Assembly (NCBI RefSeq): GCF_006345805.1 | Contig: NW_021833024.1 | Coordinates: forward strand, 1 to 64,000 | Reading direction: 5' to 3' | Length of the DNA stretch: 64,000 bases | Source: Octopus sinensis | Taxonomy: Eukaryota | Shown here: piece after piece, positions 1 through 12,081 of the stretch | Position numbering within the stretch: the stretch's first letter is position 1 | Layout: each line of letters starts with the position of its first letter | Notes under the pieces: model-generated | Databases searched by the model: none | What the model was told of the DNA's origin: nothing | What the model saw: the letters and a program-made list of their open reading frames with translations, nothing else | Made by a program: the position numbers and the translations under genes

Positions 1-1559
1 GAGGAGGAAACGTTCTTTAATCAGCAAATACCAAAGCTTTTCACTTATATAAATTTATTCACTACTAACAACATTTTTCTAAATTATCTGATAATCTCCA
101 AGAACTTTCATTAAAAGAGTAAAAAATTTCATCTCTCTTTTCAAAAAAAGTTTTTGAAAATTTTGAATATTTTTCATTCCCATTTGACAAATTCAGCATG
201 CATAAAAGAGAGAAACTTCTCAACTTGCTGTATTTGTTTGAACGATAACTGAGGCATTCTAATTTTGTTAACAGTTTGTCAGAATTATTCTAATGACGGG
301 TACAGTGCCTGGAATTGACGTTTTAAGGCATTTAATGAAAACTTAATAAAATCTAATTTCACATTTTAAAAATTTGTTCAAATTAAGACAGAAGGTCTTC
401 GGCTCCTTCAATTGAAAGAAACAGTAACAAACAGAACCAACCTCTTCCCCTTGCTTACCAACCTGTCAACGGTTTGGTTGGTAGTGGCTACGTTCCCTGA
501 CTTTGTCCTATCATTAAAATCGTTTTAATTAAAATACGTTTTTTTTATTAATAATTGTTTAATTAATTTTAATTTTAAATAGAAAATATAATAAATTAAG
601 CCATGTGTAAGCACTAGTGGGTGTTTTTTCACTATGTAGTCGTCTTTTATATTTAGTTTGGATTCAAAGGAAATAATTCATGATGTAGTTTCTTTTAATG
701 ATTAAGTTATCCGAAATTGCATCCTTTTTGTGATATTTTCCGATTTTATTTCCTTGATTTGTTTTATTTTATATACCTTGAAATTTACTATTATTTTCTT
801 TGGAATTTTTATCTTTTTTCATCTTTATTTTTGTTATATTGCATTTATATTCAATTTTAATTCTTGTTGTTTCATGATGAACTGAGGCGCTCTATGGCGA
901 TTATTACAATTTTAAACGCTACACTTTGACTATGAGATATGAACTGTCAATTTATCGTAATGCCTGTCACAGTAATTGTCAAATAATTGTAACTATTGCT
1001 CAACCAAGAGGACTCCCGGGCATCCATTTTCTTCCGAGCAATGAGGATACCGAGGTCTTTTAAAGCAAACCTGTGACTTTATCAAATCAACATTTATTTC
1101 AAAGACCACCGTTAACCAAAAGAAAAAACTAACTAGGTGATCCCGACGAATTTGATCATTGCTCTCAGCTTCTCTCTGTTCTGCTCTCTTGAGCCCACAC
1201 AAGATCGTTGAGGGCGGGTCGTTTCTTTATGCCATTGATGCCCTTTTGAATTCTCCTCAATGAGAGTTTCGAAAGAGATTGGTGGTTTGATAGCTTCACC
1301 TGTATACCACCTTTCGGTAAGTGTGAAAGCTCTTTTCTGGGTTGCGGAGATTCATTTTCTGTATTTGAATTTTGTCTTTTAAATTTTTTCAGCCAAATCT
1401 TCCCGTTCTTGGGTCATTTCGCTAGGAAATAAATCAAATAAACAACCGATATCGCTCGTCATTTATATAAAGGGAATTGTCCTTTATTTCTGCCTTAAGA
1501 GAAGCAATCTCTAATTCGTAAAATTAAAAATCACAATCTATCACCACAAACCTTATTTA

Positions 1560-2060
1560 CAGTGGGCCCAAAAAGTCATGGAACGACTTAATCAATTTTA
1601 GTATTTTACGTTTTTACCCATAAAATATGAAGTATTTTGACTTTTAATTATTTTTTTTGAAAAATTCAAAAGATTCTGATTTAGAAAATAATTTTAAATC
1701 CTCAAAATATTGATAATTGGCAAAGAAAAAACAACTTTTTTTAATTTTTAGCGTTATTGAGGGGTCAAAAAGTGTTGGCACTTTTATATCTACAGTTTTA
1801 GTTTAAGTGCATATGATAAGAGAATGTCATTCTGTCAGATTATTTCTTTTAAGTTTTTCTTCACAAAAGCTTTGTTATTACTTAATAACGCATTCAGCCG
1901 TTTTTAGCACTACTTTATGGAAAATCGGAAGGAATATTTTTTTGAGCTAAAACAGATGATTGTCAAGTTTCACTAAGAAAAAAAGTTACAACCAAATTTG
2001 CAGACAATTCAATATTCCGAAAAGTTCAGTAAGGAATTAATAGCCATTTTATTAAAAGAA
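1560..2060 (+). mobile_element. Tc1/mariner 5' remnant (left TIR plus start of decayed transposase), truncated by the adjacent retroelement
   Basis: TA|CAGTGGGCCCAAAAAGT end at 1558-1576, inner repeat GGGGTCAAAAAGTGTTGGCAC near 1760, decayed ORF start ATGGAAAATCGGAAGGAATAT at 1917. Confidence 0.6.
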
Positions 2061-2086
2061 ACAAAATTTAACTTAAGCTAGACTAT

Positions 2087-3310
2087 TTAATTTAGATTCT
2101 CAGTCCCGATTATTGGAATCTCTCTCCTCCTTTTAGGAGAAGAGCTTGCAACCAGTTCCTCCTCACTCTCTATCTCCCAGTCAGATAGATTTTCTATTTG
2201 CCTCATATCTTTCACCGGCGTGTCACGGCAGCATGCCACTTCTGCAAGCTGGTAAGCAGCAGAGGCGTATTCTTCGGCAGATACTCTCACTCCATGTCTG
2301 TGTTCAACTACCATGCTTTCTAGAGTCCTTTTTAAAACAACAGATTGAATATAAGTTCTTGTGGCTTTTTCGATCGATAATTTGTCCATATAGTTTTTGA
2401 AATATCTCGAAACAACACCGTCCCAGGTCAAGACAACCAGGATAATCTTTACCTTTGCATCATAAAGTATCGAAAGTTCGTTTGCGAGCAGATCATATTT
2501 ATGAAATTTCTCGATTTCGACTTGTTTGAGGCGATCTTGTGATGTGATGCCAACTTCAATTAAGGTTATCTCTTGTTTGGTTTTGTCATACACGAAGATA
2601 TCTGGTTTGTTGGATTAAACTTTAGTTTCCGTCATGATTGACATATCGACTCTGATTTCAACATTCTGCGTCGATAATATGGACTGAACAGAATGAGTCT
2701 TTAATTTGCTTCCTCTCTTAATACCGTAGGTCCGACACAAATGAAGGTGAATGCACTTCACAACTTCATTGTGTCTCCGCAGATAATCACTGTTTAACAT
2801 CTTCCCACACTGCGTAGCCAAATGATCAACTGTTTTCTTGCATTTTTTGCAGTGACTGCATAAAGATCCCATGGATGTGAAGAACAAATTCCTATCCTGT
2901 AAGAGGCAGTACAATGCTTCACTCCGTGGACCATTATTTCCTTTAAATAACCACTCTGAGGATGTGGCTAGATCAACATTTTGTTCGTCCATGCATTTGA
3001 ATAGAACCGAATGTAGCATTTTACAATTGATGTTCTTAAGCAAATATTTTCTTTGAGCATCTTTGATAAATTCAACACCCAAATTCTCCATGTCGAGAAT
3101 TGCATACTTGGAGGCGAGAAATCCTGCAATTGTGGCCATATGCCATTTATTTATTTGTATCACACGCAGGATTCCCGATCTCCGTAAGCATACTGTCGAC
3201 TGTCTTTCTAAACTTTTCATGAACTGGAAAAGTATCAGTTCACTTCTGAAAGAGACTGAAGCAAGTCCTCTCCCAAGAGATTTCCGATTTAAATATGATA
3301 AATAATATAT
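2087..3310 (-). mobile_element. 3' part of an R4/Dong-like (RLE-type) non-LTR retrotransposon, pseudogenised
   Basis: CCHC knuckle CSHCKKCKKTVDHLATQC, RHN motif (YLRRHNEVV), endonuclease NKPDIF...LIEVGIT...KYDLL; one in-frame TAA at 2615 splits the ORF. Confidence 0.85.
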
Positions 3311-3839
3311 TACTCTTAATATAATGAAGTTAGTAATCTTTATGACCAATTCCATCACTTCTAAAATTTCTTTCGGAAACGTTTGCGCAGATAGTGCTTC
3401 TTGGTGGATAATACAATGTAGAGTAATCACTTCATTATCAATTCTCCTTTTAATTAAAGTTATAAATTACTTTCTCGATCCCAGCATGCTTGCAGCACCG
3501 TCAGTTGAAATTGAAACGATTTTATTAAGAGGAATATAATTCGTTTCAAAATATTCTACGACTGCGCCAACAAGATCTTCACCACGGGTTTGACCCTTTA
3601 GAGGCAATAATGCCAAAAGTTCTTGCCTCAGGAAACCTCGAGACACATCACGAACAAACAAAGACACCTAAGTATGACATGAACAATGATACTTGTGCAA
3701 TGTCATTTATATCACATGATTCATCTATTGCTATTGAAATTGAATTAGACAATTTCATGTCAGAAACTTGTTGAACAGATACATTCGTAGACACCTTAAA
3801 AGTCCTGTCGGCTACTATTTTCGCAGATAAAGGTATATA

Positions 3840-5306
3840 CAGTGGGCGCAAAAAAAATCCGGTTTTCTTATTTTTCGAATTTTTCAATATAAATTTTATA
3901 TATTTTTTTTTAATTTAGTATCATTTTGAAATGTAAATCGAGTATGTTTTTAATTTTAAGTATTTTTTTATTTTTCATAGAGATATCTTGAATTTAATTT
4001 TAAAATGCGCAAAAAAAACTCGGTTTTTTAATTATTGAGTCTTTTATTCTTAAAAATTTGAAATTGTTGTCATTTTTGTTGTTGTTGGATGTCGTGTATT
4101 TCAGAAATTGTGAAAGGACAAATTATTCAACTTTATTTCCTTAATTGGACATATAAACAAATTTCAGAAGAAGTAGAAATTCCCAGATCAACAGTGGGAG
4201 ATTACATACGTAAATACAAAAAATATGGAACAACACAGAGACTGTCCGGTTCTGGAAGACCTAGGACATTAAATAATGATGATATAAATACTTTATTGAC
4301 GCTTGTTTCTGACAATCCGAAAAAATCTTCCCGTTGCCTGTCAAAGGATCTTCATTCTTTGACAGGAAAAATCGTCTCAAAACGAACAATTGGGAATTAT
4401 CTGAAACAAAAGGAAATATATTCACGTGTGTGTCAAAAAAAACCGTATCTGTCTAAAATTAATATCGAAAAACGATATTCCTTGTCAAAAAAATTTATCG
4501 CACTGAATATGACGTCATGGAAATCAACTATTTTTAGTGATGAATGCTGTTTCGAAATTTTTAATCACAAAAAAAAGGAATTTTGTTATAGGAAAAACAA
4601 CACACGTCTAGAAAAATCGCACTTATCTCCAACTGTTAAATTTGGAGGGGGAAAAATAATGGTGTGGGGATGTTTCGGGTATTATGGAGTAGGCAATCTA
4701 GTATTTATAAATGGAACTATGAACTCAGCAACTTATGTGAACATATTATCAAATAATCTGTGGGAGTCCGCTGCGAAAATGTGCTTGAATGAATTCATAT
4801 TCCAACAAGACATGGCTCCTCCACACACATCAAAGATCACGAAAGATTTCTTTGCCGAAAGAAGCGTCAAACTATTGGATTGGGCACCGCAATCGCCAGA
4901 TTTAAATCCAATAGAACATCTTTGGGCATATATTAAAAGTAAATTGTACGAAAATCCTCCAAAAAATATGCATGAGCTGAAAGATAAAATTATCGAAATT
5001 TGGGAAAATATGCCGAAAGATCTAATACAGAAACTCATAAACAGCATGCCGAGAAGGGTGTACGATGTTTTTATGGCTAAAGGACGGCATATTAAATATT
5101 AATTTGACATTTTTTTAAAAAACCGGGTTTTTTTTGCGCATTGTAAATTTAAATTGGAAATATCTCTTGAAAAAAATAATGAAAATAATCAAAATAAAAA
5201 AATAAGAGTTACTTTTCACTAAAATTTAAGATTAAAAAAAAATATTATATCGCACAATATAAAAAAATAGAGAAATTAGAAAACCGGATTTTTTTTGCGC
5301 CCACTG
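3840..5306 (+). mobile_element. Complete Tc1 DNA transposon, IR/DR type, TA target duplication
   Basis: TIRs CAGTGGGCGCAAAAAAAATCCGGTTTTCT at 3840 and its reverse complement ending 5306, both flanked by TA; inner repeats near 4007 and 5120. Confidence 0.95.
4089..5102 (+). CDS. Intact Tc1 transposase (DD34E), 337 aa
   Basis: GRPR, FSDE, QQD-x34-E (SPDLNPIEHLW); no stops or frameshifts. Confidence 0.95.
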   Translation: MSCISEIVKGQIIQLYFLNWTYKQISEEVEIPRSTVGDYIRKYKKYGTTQRLSGSGRPRTLNNDDINTLLTLVSDNPKKSSRCLSKDLHSLTGKIVSKRTIGNYLKQKEIYSRVCQKKPYLSKINIEKRYSLSKKFIALNMTSWKSTIFSDECCFEIFNHKKKEFCYRKNNTRLEKSHLSPTVKFGGGKIMVWGCFGYYGVGNLVFINGTMNSATYVNILSNNLWESAAKMCLNEFIFQQDMAPPHTSKITKDFFAERSVKLLDWAPQSPDLNPIEHLWAYIKSKLYENPPKNMHELKDKIIEIWENMPKDLIQKLINSMPRRVYDVFMAKGRHIKY

Positions 5307-5765
5307 TATTCATTATCTTATTCACGATTTCTGCCTTATTGTAAAAATCGTGAAAAAGTTCTTCAGAGGTTTTAATGAAACATGCCTTTATAAATTCCCC
5401 ATCAATAAATGGTTTCCCCTTTTTGCGATGTCGTGGCTTATCAAAAAACTGGCAATATTTGCAGTCCTGGCATTGTCAGACCAACATTTAAAAGCAGAAT
5501 TCTCGAACTGATTGTTCTTTGTAAGTTCTTCTACAGCTTTCTTTCGGGAATCACCAATTGGATATTTTTTGGCGAAATTTGAGTGTTTTGTGTTAAAGTG
5601 TCTCTCTAAATTTGACTTTTTATTTTGATTCAAAGTTTCCTGGCAAATGAGACATTTCGGTAGTTGTTCTGAATTAGACGTGAATGCAAAGGTTTCAGTC
5701 CATTTTGATTGAAAATGTCGCGAGTTATCGATTTTTTTATTAATTTTTTTCTTGCTAGGCATATA

Positions 5766-6271
5766 CACCCCATGTAATAAAAAACCGGATTTTCGAATGC
5801 TTAATTTTTTTGATATTCTGTTTTTAATTTTAGATTTTTATTTAATTTATAATGATAATCTTCGTAACTTTTCTTTTTATAATTTTTCAATAATCTTTTT
5901 GTACAGCTAAACTGACTATATTAAATTTTTTCTGTGTAAAAAAAAACCGGATTAGACAAAAAGTCAAATGATTAATTATTAATGTGTCCTCCATGTGCCT
6001 TATAATGCTCAATGCTTCTTCTTGCCATGTTTTCAGTTAATTTTCTCACAAATTCCATTGGTATTTCGTCCCAAATTTTTATAATATTTTTGCATAAATC
6101 CTTTTTACTATGCAGCATTTTTTTACTCAATTCTTCCTTTATGTAGCTCCACACATGTTCAATTGGGTTCAAATCTGGTGATTGTGGTGCCCAATTTAAT
6201 AATTCAATTTTTTTCTCATCCAAAAATTGTTTTGTTCTCCGTGAATTATGACAGGGGTACAAATGTACCAC
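5766..6271 (-). mobile_element. Tc1 3' remnant (transposase C-terminus plus TIR)
   Basis: WAPQSPDLNPIEHVW; repeated AAAAAACCGGATT at about 5779 and 5941; end TA|CACCCC. Confidence 0.8.
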
Positions 6272-6342
6272 AAAAAATTAATGTTAAACGTGCAAAAATT
6301 TTTTGTTATTAACAAAACAAAAAAAATAGTTAAAAATTGAAA

Positions 6343-7164
6343 TCATTTATAAAAAAAATAGTGTTTTCACGAACAAAATCTCCTTTCCGTTATTGAAAAT
6401 ATTCTGAAGTCCGGAGCAGAGTCGCTATGCAACGTACGTTTCGACCCTCTGGGTTGGATTCAATCCACCTGGCTGGATGCTCTCCCTGTCCCTGCCACCG
6501 GTAACCTATTAGACAAAGATTGCCTACGGATTGGATTATCATTGCGTCTCGGATTGGAAATCTGCGAAATACACAAATGTCGTTGTGGTGCTGTCATTGA
6601 TCGTTTTGGTCTACATCCCCTTTCCTGTCGTCGCAGTGCAGGGCGCGCACCACGCCATGCAGCACTTAACGACGTTATTCAGAGGGGGCTCACGGCCGCT
6701 GGAATTCCATCAATCCTTGAACCCGTTGGGCTTGCGAGGGGAGACGGAAACAGACCCGACGGCCTATCGACTTTCCCGTTTGAGTTCGGCAAGTCTCTGA
6801 TATGGGATGCGACAAGTTCAGACACTTTCTCGGAGCTTAACCTTCCTTCTTCAGCTGTCGAGGCTGGCTCAGTTTCTCGCAAAACCGAGATGAAGATTGG
6901 AAAGTACAAGGAGCTCTCTGAACGATATCTGTTCACTCCTATCGCCGTCGAAACTTCCGGCGTCATCGGCGAAAAGTCTCTTTCCTTTCTGAAAAAGCTT
7001 GGCCGCATGATCTCCCATAAACGGGGAGACCCACGCGAGTCCAAGTGAGTTCTCGAAAGGATTTCCTCGGCTATATTACATGGAAACTGTGTTTCCATTT
7101 ACGAGGCCGGGAATTTAGTTAGTTGATAACTATTTGTCAATATTTTAAAATTATCACTTTAATT
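6343..7164 (+). mobile_element. 5'-truncated CRE-clade non-LTR retrotransposon with about 23-bp target-site duplication
   Basis: HKCRC...HPLSC...RHAALN, RPDG...WDAT endonuclease; AAAAAAATAGTTAAAAATTGAAA at 6320-6342 and 7165-7187. Confidence 0.85.
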
Positions 7165-7259
7165 AAAAAAATAGTTAAAAATTGAAAGAGCCTACACACG
7201 TAGAGAACTCAGTATAGATGTTTATAATTACGCAAATCTCGTTGAAAATTTTAAAACCA

Positions 7260-8530
7260 AGCTTAAAGAGGGTAAGAAGGTTTTAGAGAAGGTGTAAAAA
7301 GCGAATATTGTCGGCAAATATTTCAGTAGTTAATCATGGCCCCAAGACAATCCGCTTCCTTCGCTCGCTCGACGGATTTCAAGGACAAGCCACGATCCAA
7401 GAGAGTATTCTTGGCTCCTGGAACGTCTGTCGATTGCTGTGATCCGAGGGAACAGCTTCGCCATTCGCTAGGCTGGCCGGGTGTCTCGTGAGGCCATTAA
7501 TTAGCTTAGCTATCTTTTTACTTTAAACAGAGTTATGCAATCGGGATTATTGCGCAACTTAGTTGCACAAGAGAATTACGAAATAAAAAATAATCAATGA
7601 GATTTATTCAAAAACACCATTGAAAATAAGAAATGTATAAATAAAAAACAGGCGTTCTTGTTTCAATAGAAAATATCACAAATAGCTTTTTCGACTCAAA
7701 ATATAAAGAATATGGGCAGAATTGTAACAAAATTTCTAGTAATGAATCCTGCTCATATATTTAGACAGCAAAGAATCTCAACGCGACCAGGAATTTGTCC
7801 AATCGCTAAGAAAATGCAAGAATGTTTTGTTTACAAAATTTAAAATTAGCAAAACACGCAGAAAAAATTTGTATCGTCTGCACAGCTTAACCAGGACTTT
7901 GTCCTCTCCCTCCGAAATTGTAGGAATGTTTATAATCGGAGTAGACTCCCGCACTAAGCACAGTTCAGCATTGACTGTGCCGAGAGAATTCAATTCCTCT
8001 CATCGAATAAGACGGAACCCAGTGAAGAGTACACTCGAAATAGACGAAGAGGAGGCGAGGTTCTTAGTTGTACTACTAAGAGCAAAGAATCTCAAGCACA
8101 GATTTATTGTTTCAATAGAAAATATCATAAAAAATATCATAAATAGCTTTATCGACTCAAAATATAAATAATAAAGAATAAAAACGAATAAAAATTTTCA
8201 TTAAAAATAGGATGAAATTCAATTTTCAAAATAAGTAGAATATACAGATTGAAGGAATAAACTTGCAAATATTACAAAATGATGAAATTTCAGATAATTT
8301 AACAATTAAAAGAAACTACATCGCAGAATATCCCTTCTGAATCCAATTAAATAAAAAAATAAAGATCGACCAAATAAAGTAATACAACCCCAAGGTATGT
8401 CAACCGCGTGTTTACACGTGCATAATTTATTAGGTTTTCAATAATTGGATAACCAAAAATTAAAATAATTTATTAATGACAACAAACATTATTTTAATTA
8501 AAACACAATTCTGCCTAGTAGCTTATAAAC
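7260..8530 (+). repeat. Mosaic dispersed repeat (CRE 3' end, LINE RT scrap and AT-rich modules), copy 1
   Basis: Near-identical to reverse complements at 21577-22886 and 29028-30343; 7339-7515 matches the CRE 3' end at 38880-39055. Confidence 0.85.
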
Positions 8531-8832
8531 AGTGTAAATCTTAGATCGAATATTTCATAGTGTTTTTAAGTGATCAATTGTTCTCATCACCCATGACATA
8601 CGATAATAAATAAAGTGTATAATAAATAAACTTTTATTTTATATAAACTTTTATTTTAAATACAATATTTGGTCTAGTTGTTCTCAGAGATGACAGTTGA
8701 AATCACCGAGGATGACGCAAGGTTAATAGTGGGGTCAAAACTACTGATTGCCAGCTCAAAGCACAACCCCAAAATGCTGAAATATCTCAACATCCGAACA
8801 AAGAATGGTTTATTAATAATTGTTATGCAGGT

Positions 8833-9323
8833 CCCAGTCTGATCAATCCCCACTTATTCTGGAAACAAGTCAACGAAGCCGCGACTGTGATATCCACGAA
8901 GAATATAATAGCCGTGAGTACAACACACATCTCCAAATCAGCAGTCCTCGCCTTCTCCCGTGTGGTGGGTGCCTCATTCGTGGAAGGGGGGTCACTTGCC
9001 CAGGTGGGAGTGTGTGTGATGTGATTAGTCGAGTGATGTGGTCGTGGTGGACAATCCCACCCAATTCGACTGTGATGGCCACCACATCATATCCTTCTGT
9101 GACACTGACTGTGACCCCAAACGTTCTCTCTGTGTCATTCCCTCCGCCAATAAAGTAAGCCCACTCTCCAATTATAGGATCCTCACGCCATTGTCGCCGC
9201 CTGGTATTTCCTGGCCAGACAAGTCCTTCGTCTGAGATCCAACTGTGAGCTCGCCTTCCAGGACTTTTTGGATAAGTCGATTGTATGTGTGGGTTTATAT
9301 TTGAGGATGGCCACAATGGACAT
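8833..9323 (-). CDS. Unidentified GC-rich gene with tiny introns; 3' end uncertain, abuts a mosaic-repeat module
   Basis: ATG 9323 MSIVAILKYKPTHTIDLSK, then a 22-nt GT-AG intron joining to WISDEGLVWPG...; divergent from the gene at 9411; family not recognised. Confidence 0.4.
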
Positions 9324-9410
9324 CAGGCTGATTGAGTGTTGTTCATTACATTTTGGTCAATTTTAGTTATTAAATATTTTTTGTTTAAAATAAATTATTT
9401 GAATTTTCAA

Positions 9411-10018
9411 ATGGCTAGTCGTGGTGATTCAACGGGGGCACATCTAAACTGTAAAGTTGAACGACTTATCGAATCTTTAAAATCCCTCAAAGAGAGGAAA
9501 ATAGACCAACTGGGCAGAATACAGAGATTGGACAGGAGATTCCACAAGATTTGCCAGTCCAGCCGCGTGCACAAGGAGGCATGAATGATGTCATCACCCC
9601 TAGTTGATGGAAATAGACAGGGAAGTGCTCTCACAGTCAAACGGGAATCGATTCAATCTGCTGTTGGCGGGACTGGCCTTTGAGGATGAGCGAATAAGGG
9701 AGTTGTCGGAGAACAACGCAATGATGAATGTGTATGTGGAGGAGTGTCTGTCCACCTTGGAAATGGTGATGGACAAGTACAGGGAACATCTGTCTGTCTG
9801 CTCCAACCACGTTTGTGAGGAATATCAGGCAAAATATGTTGGGAGTGTGTCATTAGTTGTAGGACGACACGTCGGGTGTTGTGGGGCCACTCGTCACGAC
9901 TATTAAACAACTTCTTTCTCAGGCCACCCAAGACCAGGATGAACAAATCCAACTTATTTCTAAATTTAAGGATCAGAACGACAAGATTAGGAAGTATTTA
10001 AAGATTGATGAATTCTAA
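9411..10018 (+). CDS. FGFR1OP2: FGFR1OP2/SIKE1-family coiled-coil protein; 2 introns (9579-9603 GC-AG 25 nt, and a 25-nt GT-AG)
   Basis: EDERIRELSENN...LSTLEMVMDKYREH resembles the family motif ENRQIRELQQEN...SALELIMSKYREQ. Confidence 0.7.
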
Positions 10019-10386
10019 GTTATGTTTGTTGTAAACATTCGTTCTGTCTGGTAGGCTGAGTAGGGCATTTATAAGATTTTGGCATAAAGTTAATCCGCAA
10101 AGTGGACTGGTTCTCACATTTGATGGTCGCAACTTTAAAAAGTTTCCATCTCCGTCAACAATTTGCAGGAAATACTCGAATGTGTCTGAAACTACACGAT
10201 ATGTCCAAATCGGGATTTCAGATAAGTAAATATCCAATCTTTCTTGTAGCTCTAAGAGAAGTAGGTGGTGTGGAGAGTCGACAGATCAATAGTTTAAGAA
10301 AATATAAATCTATTAACGCAATTAGGAGAGTGAAATGACAAAATAAATAAGATTTGGGTTTCTAAACCTTCACCAGTAATATATTT

Positions 10387-10440
10387 CAGTGGTTCTCAAC
10401 CTTTATTTTTGTATCGCCCCCTTGGAATTTTTTTCGCTTC
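10387..10440 (+). mobile_element. hAT Charlie/Buster-type terminal remnant
   Basis: CAGTGGTTCTCAACCTT terminus. Confidence 0.45.
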
Positions 10441-10531
10441 ATTTAAAAAACTATGTTAATGTGAAAAATCTATTATTTAAAACGAAGGAAAGCAGCCGAA
10501 AGTAATATTCACAGAAAAGTATAAAACAAGA

Positions 10532-12081
10532 TCAGTGTTTGTTAGTGTTAGCTCCATCGAGTCCCCAGGAGTTGAAAAGTGGCATTCTAGCAGGGACCAT
10601 TCCTCGTAGCATATTTTGTGGCACAAACATGGCCGAACACGGCACATTGAGGGGATTCACCGGGTAGAAAGGAACAAACTGAGTCTGAGCAAATCCCTGG
10701 ACTCCAATTTTAGTCTTGTCGGTTAATTCGTCAATGTAATTGGAGACGTGTTCGGAGTGAGTTTTGGGCGTCTCCTGAGGCATGCCTCCAATCTGAACAA
10801 AATTTCCAAGGCAGGACAAGGAATATGTTTGGAAGTCATCTCGAATGTGCAAATTGGGGAGTTCGGAGGACTCGTCTTGGAGGACGGTCTCATTGGAAGT
10901 GACAGACACAGCATCCGACATGTCATCCTGCTCACGTGGGCGGTCAGTCTGGGAATAGTCCATGATCAAATCGTCATATAAAATGTCATTCGTATCCCTC
11001 CGCTCCTCGACTGGGTCGATTTTTGTTGCGTTTTTTAAAGGCGATGGACGGTTTTTATTAGCAACAACAACGTTCCCTATCATGTTTTTGAAGGGCTCGA
11101 GTATCTTCATTGAATTGAGGATTGAATTTATGTCCTTCGGGTCCTTCAACAACGGCCTTTTCGGAGGATCAGCCGGCCTGCCACAGTTCTCGGGGTCGTA
11201 GGACGAGTCGTCACTGTCGAGGGCATTGACCACCTCGTTCGGCCTTTTCCCGGAATCTAGATTGGTGATGAGTGATATACATTGGGCAGTCTGACTCGTC
11301 TCCCTTAGCAAATAAATAAATAAGGCCATCAAACCGTAAGGACGTGTCTCTGCAGGTGGTCGTACTTGGCAACCCGTGCCTTGAGGAGGGCAATGAATGC
11401 ACGTCTGAGGAGGACATCCCCCTCGACCTTGTCTAGCACAGCACAACCCTCCCTATGCACATCGCGGACTAGGATAGCAATAGAGCACCCAACCCTCCGC
11501 ATTGGTGGATATAGCACGACTAAGGGAGGCGAGGACACCCCGGACTAACACACGACAATCGAATAACTCGTCTTTCATACTAATAAGCTGTTTAACCTAC
11601 CAATTCACAAATATCAATAAACAGTGGCCGGCCTGTCATCCGCACTAATCGACTCCCCTCCGACATTACTCAGCAGACGTCCTTCCAACAACTGGAGATA
11701 CTCGGGAGGGTACACCCCTCGCTCACCCCACACCGACAGCAGTCGTTCCATCCTTCTGTGCATGTCCTCCCCCATCCCCGACACCACTTCCACCGCATCC
11801 GGCAGAACCACCGCGAACGGGCCTCGGAAGCCCACCCGTTTGGGGGATACCTGCACCAGTTCGTTGCACACGTAAAACAGTGGGAGGATTTTGTCCCTTT
11901 CTACAACGGGTGGATTGCCCTTACCGAACTCCTGGATTGCCTTGAACCAGCATTCCACTATTAAAATGTCAAATTTCTTGTAATGCAACAGCCAGAGGGA
12001 TATTTTTTGGATATCCTCGGTGTTCATGCTCACTTCATTCAGACGTTTTAATATTTTTGCTTCGTTCAAAATGAAAGACAT
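10532..12081 (-). CDS. CID-domain protein, RPRD1/RPRD2-like; 4 introns (24, 26, 25 nt and 11309-11334)
   Basis: N-terminal CID (IQKISLWLLH, LFYVCNELVQ, RLLSVWGERGVY), helical mid region, low-complexity tail; one reading frame after splicing. Confidence 0.8.

Larger units (their letters stand above)
3311..5763 (-). mobile_element. hAT (SPIN/Buster, GTF2IRD2-like) transposase remnant, interrupted by a Tc1
   Basis: BED-like finger CLICQE...NLERHFNTKH, AIDESCDI, STDGAASMLG, LHCIIHQEAL; frameshifted and split at 3840-5306. Confidence 0.85.

Noticed and set aside
2615-3430. hAT-retrotransposon fusion protein
   Set aside because: Chance in-frame junction of two decayed elements near 3310, ending in a premature stop
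7827-8171. Three-copy ORF MFTKFKISKTRR as a gene family
   Set aside because: Non-ATG start, lies in the mosaic repeat, overlaps an antisense LINE scrap, and one copy is frameshifted
10008-10293. Small spliced gene downstream of FGFR1OP2
   Set aside because: A model can be built, but its ATG overlaps the upstream gene, it needs a 36-nt intron, and I recognise no homology
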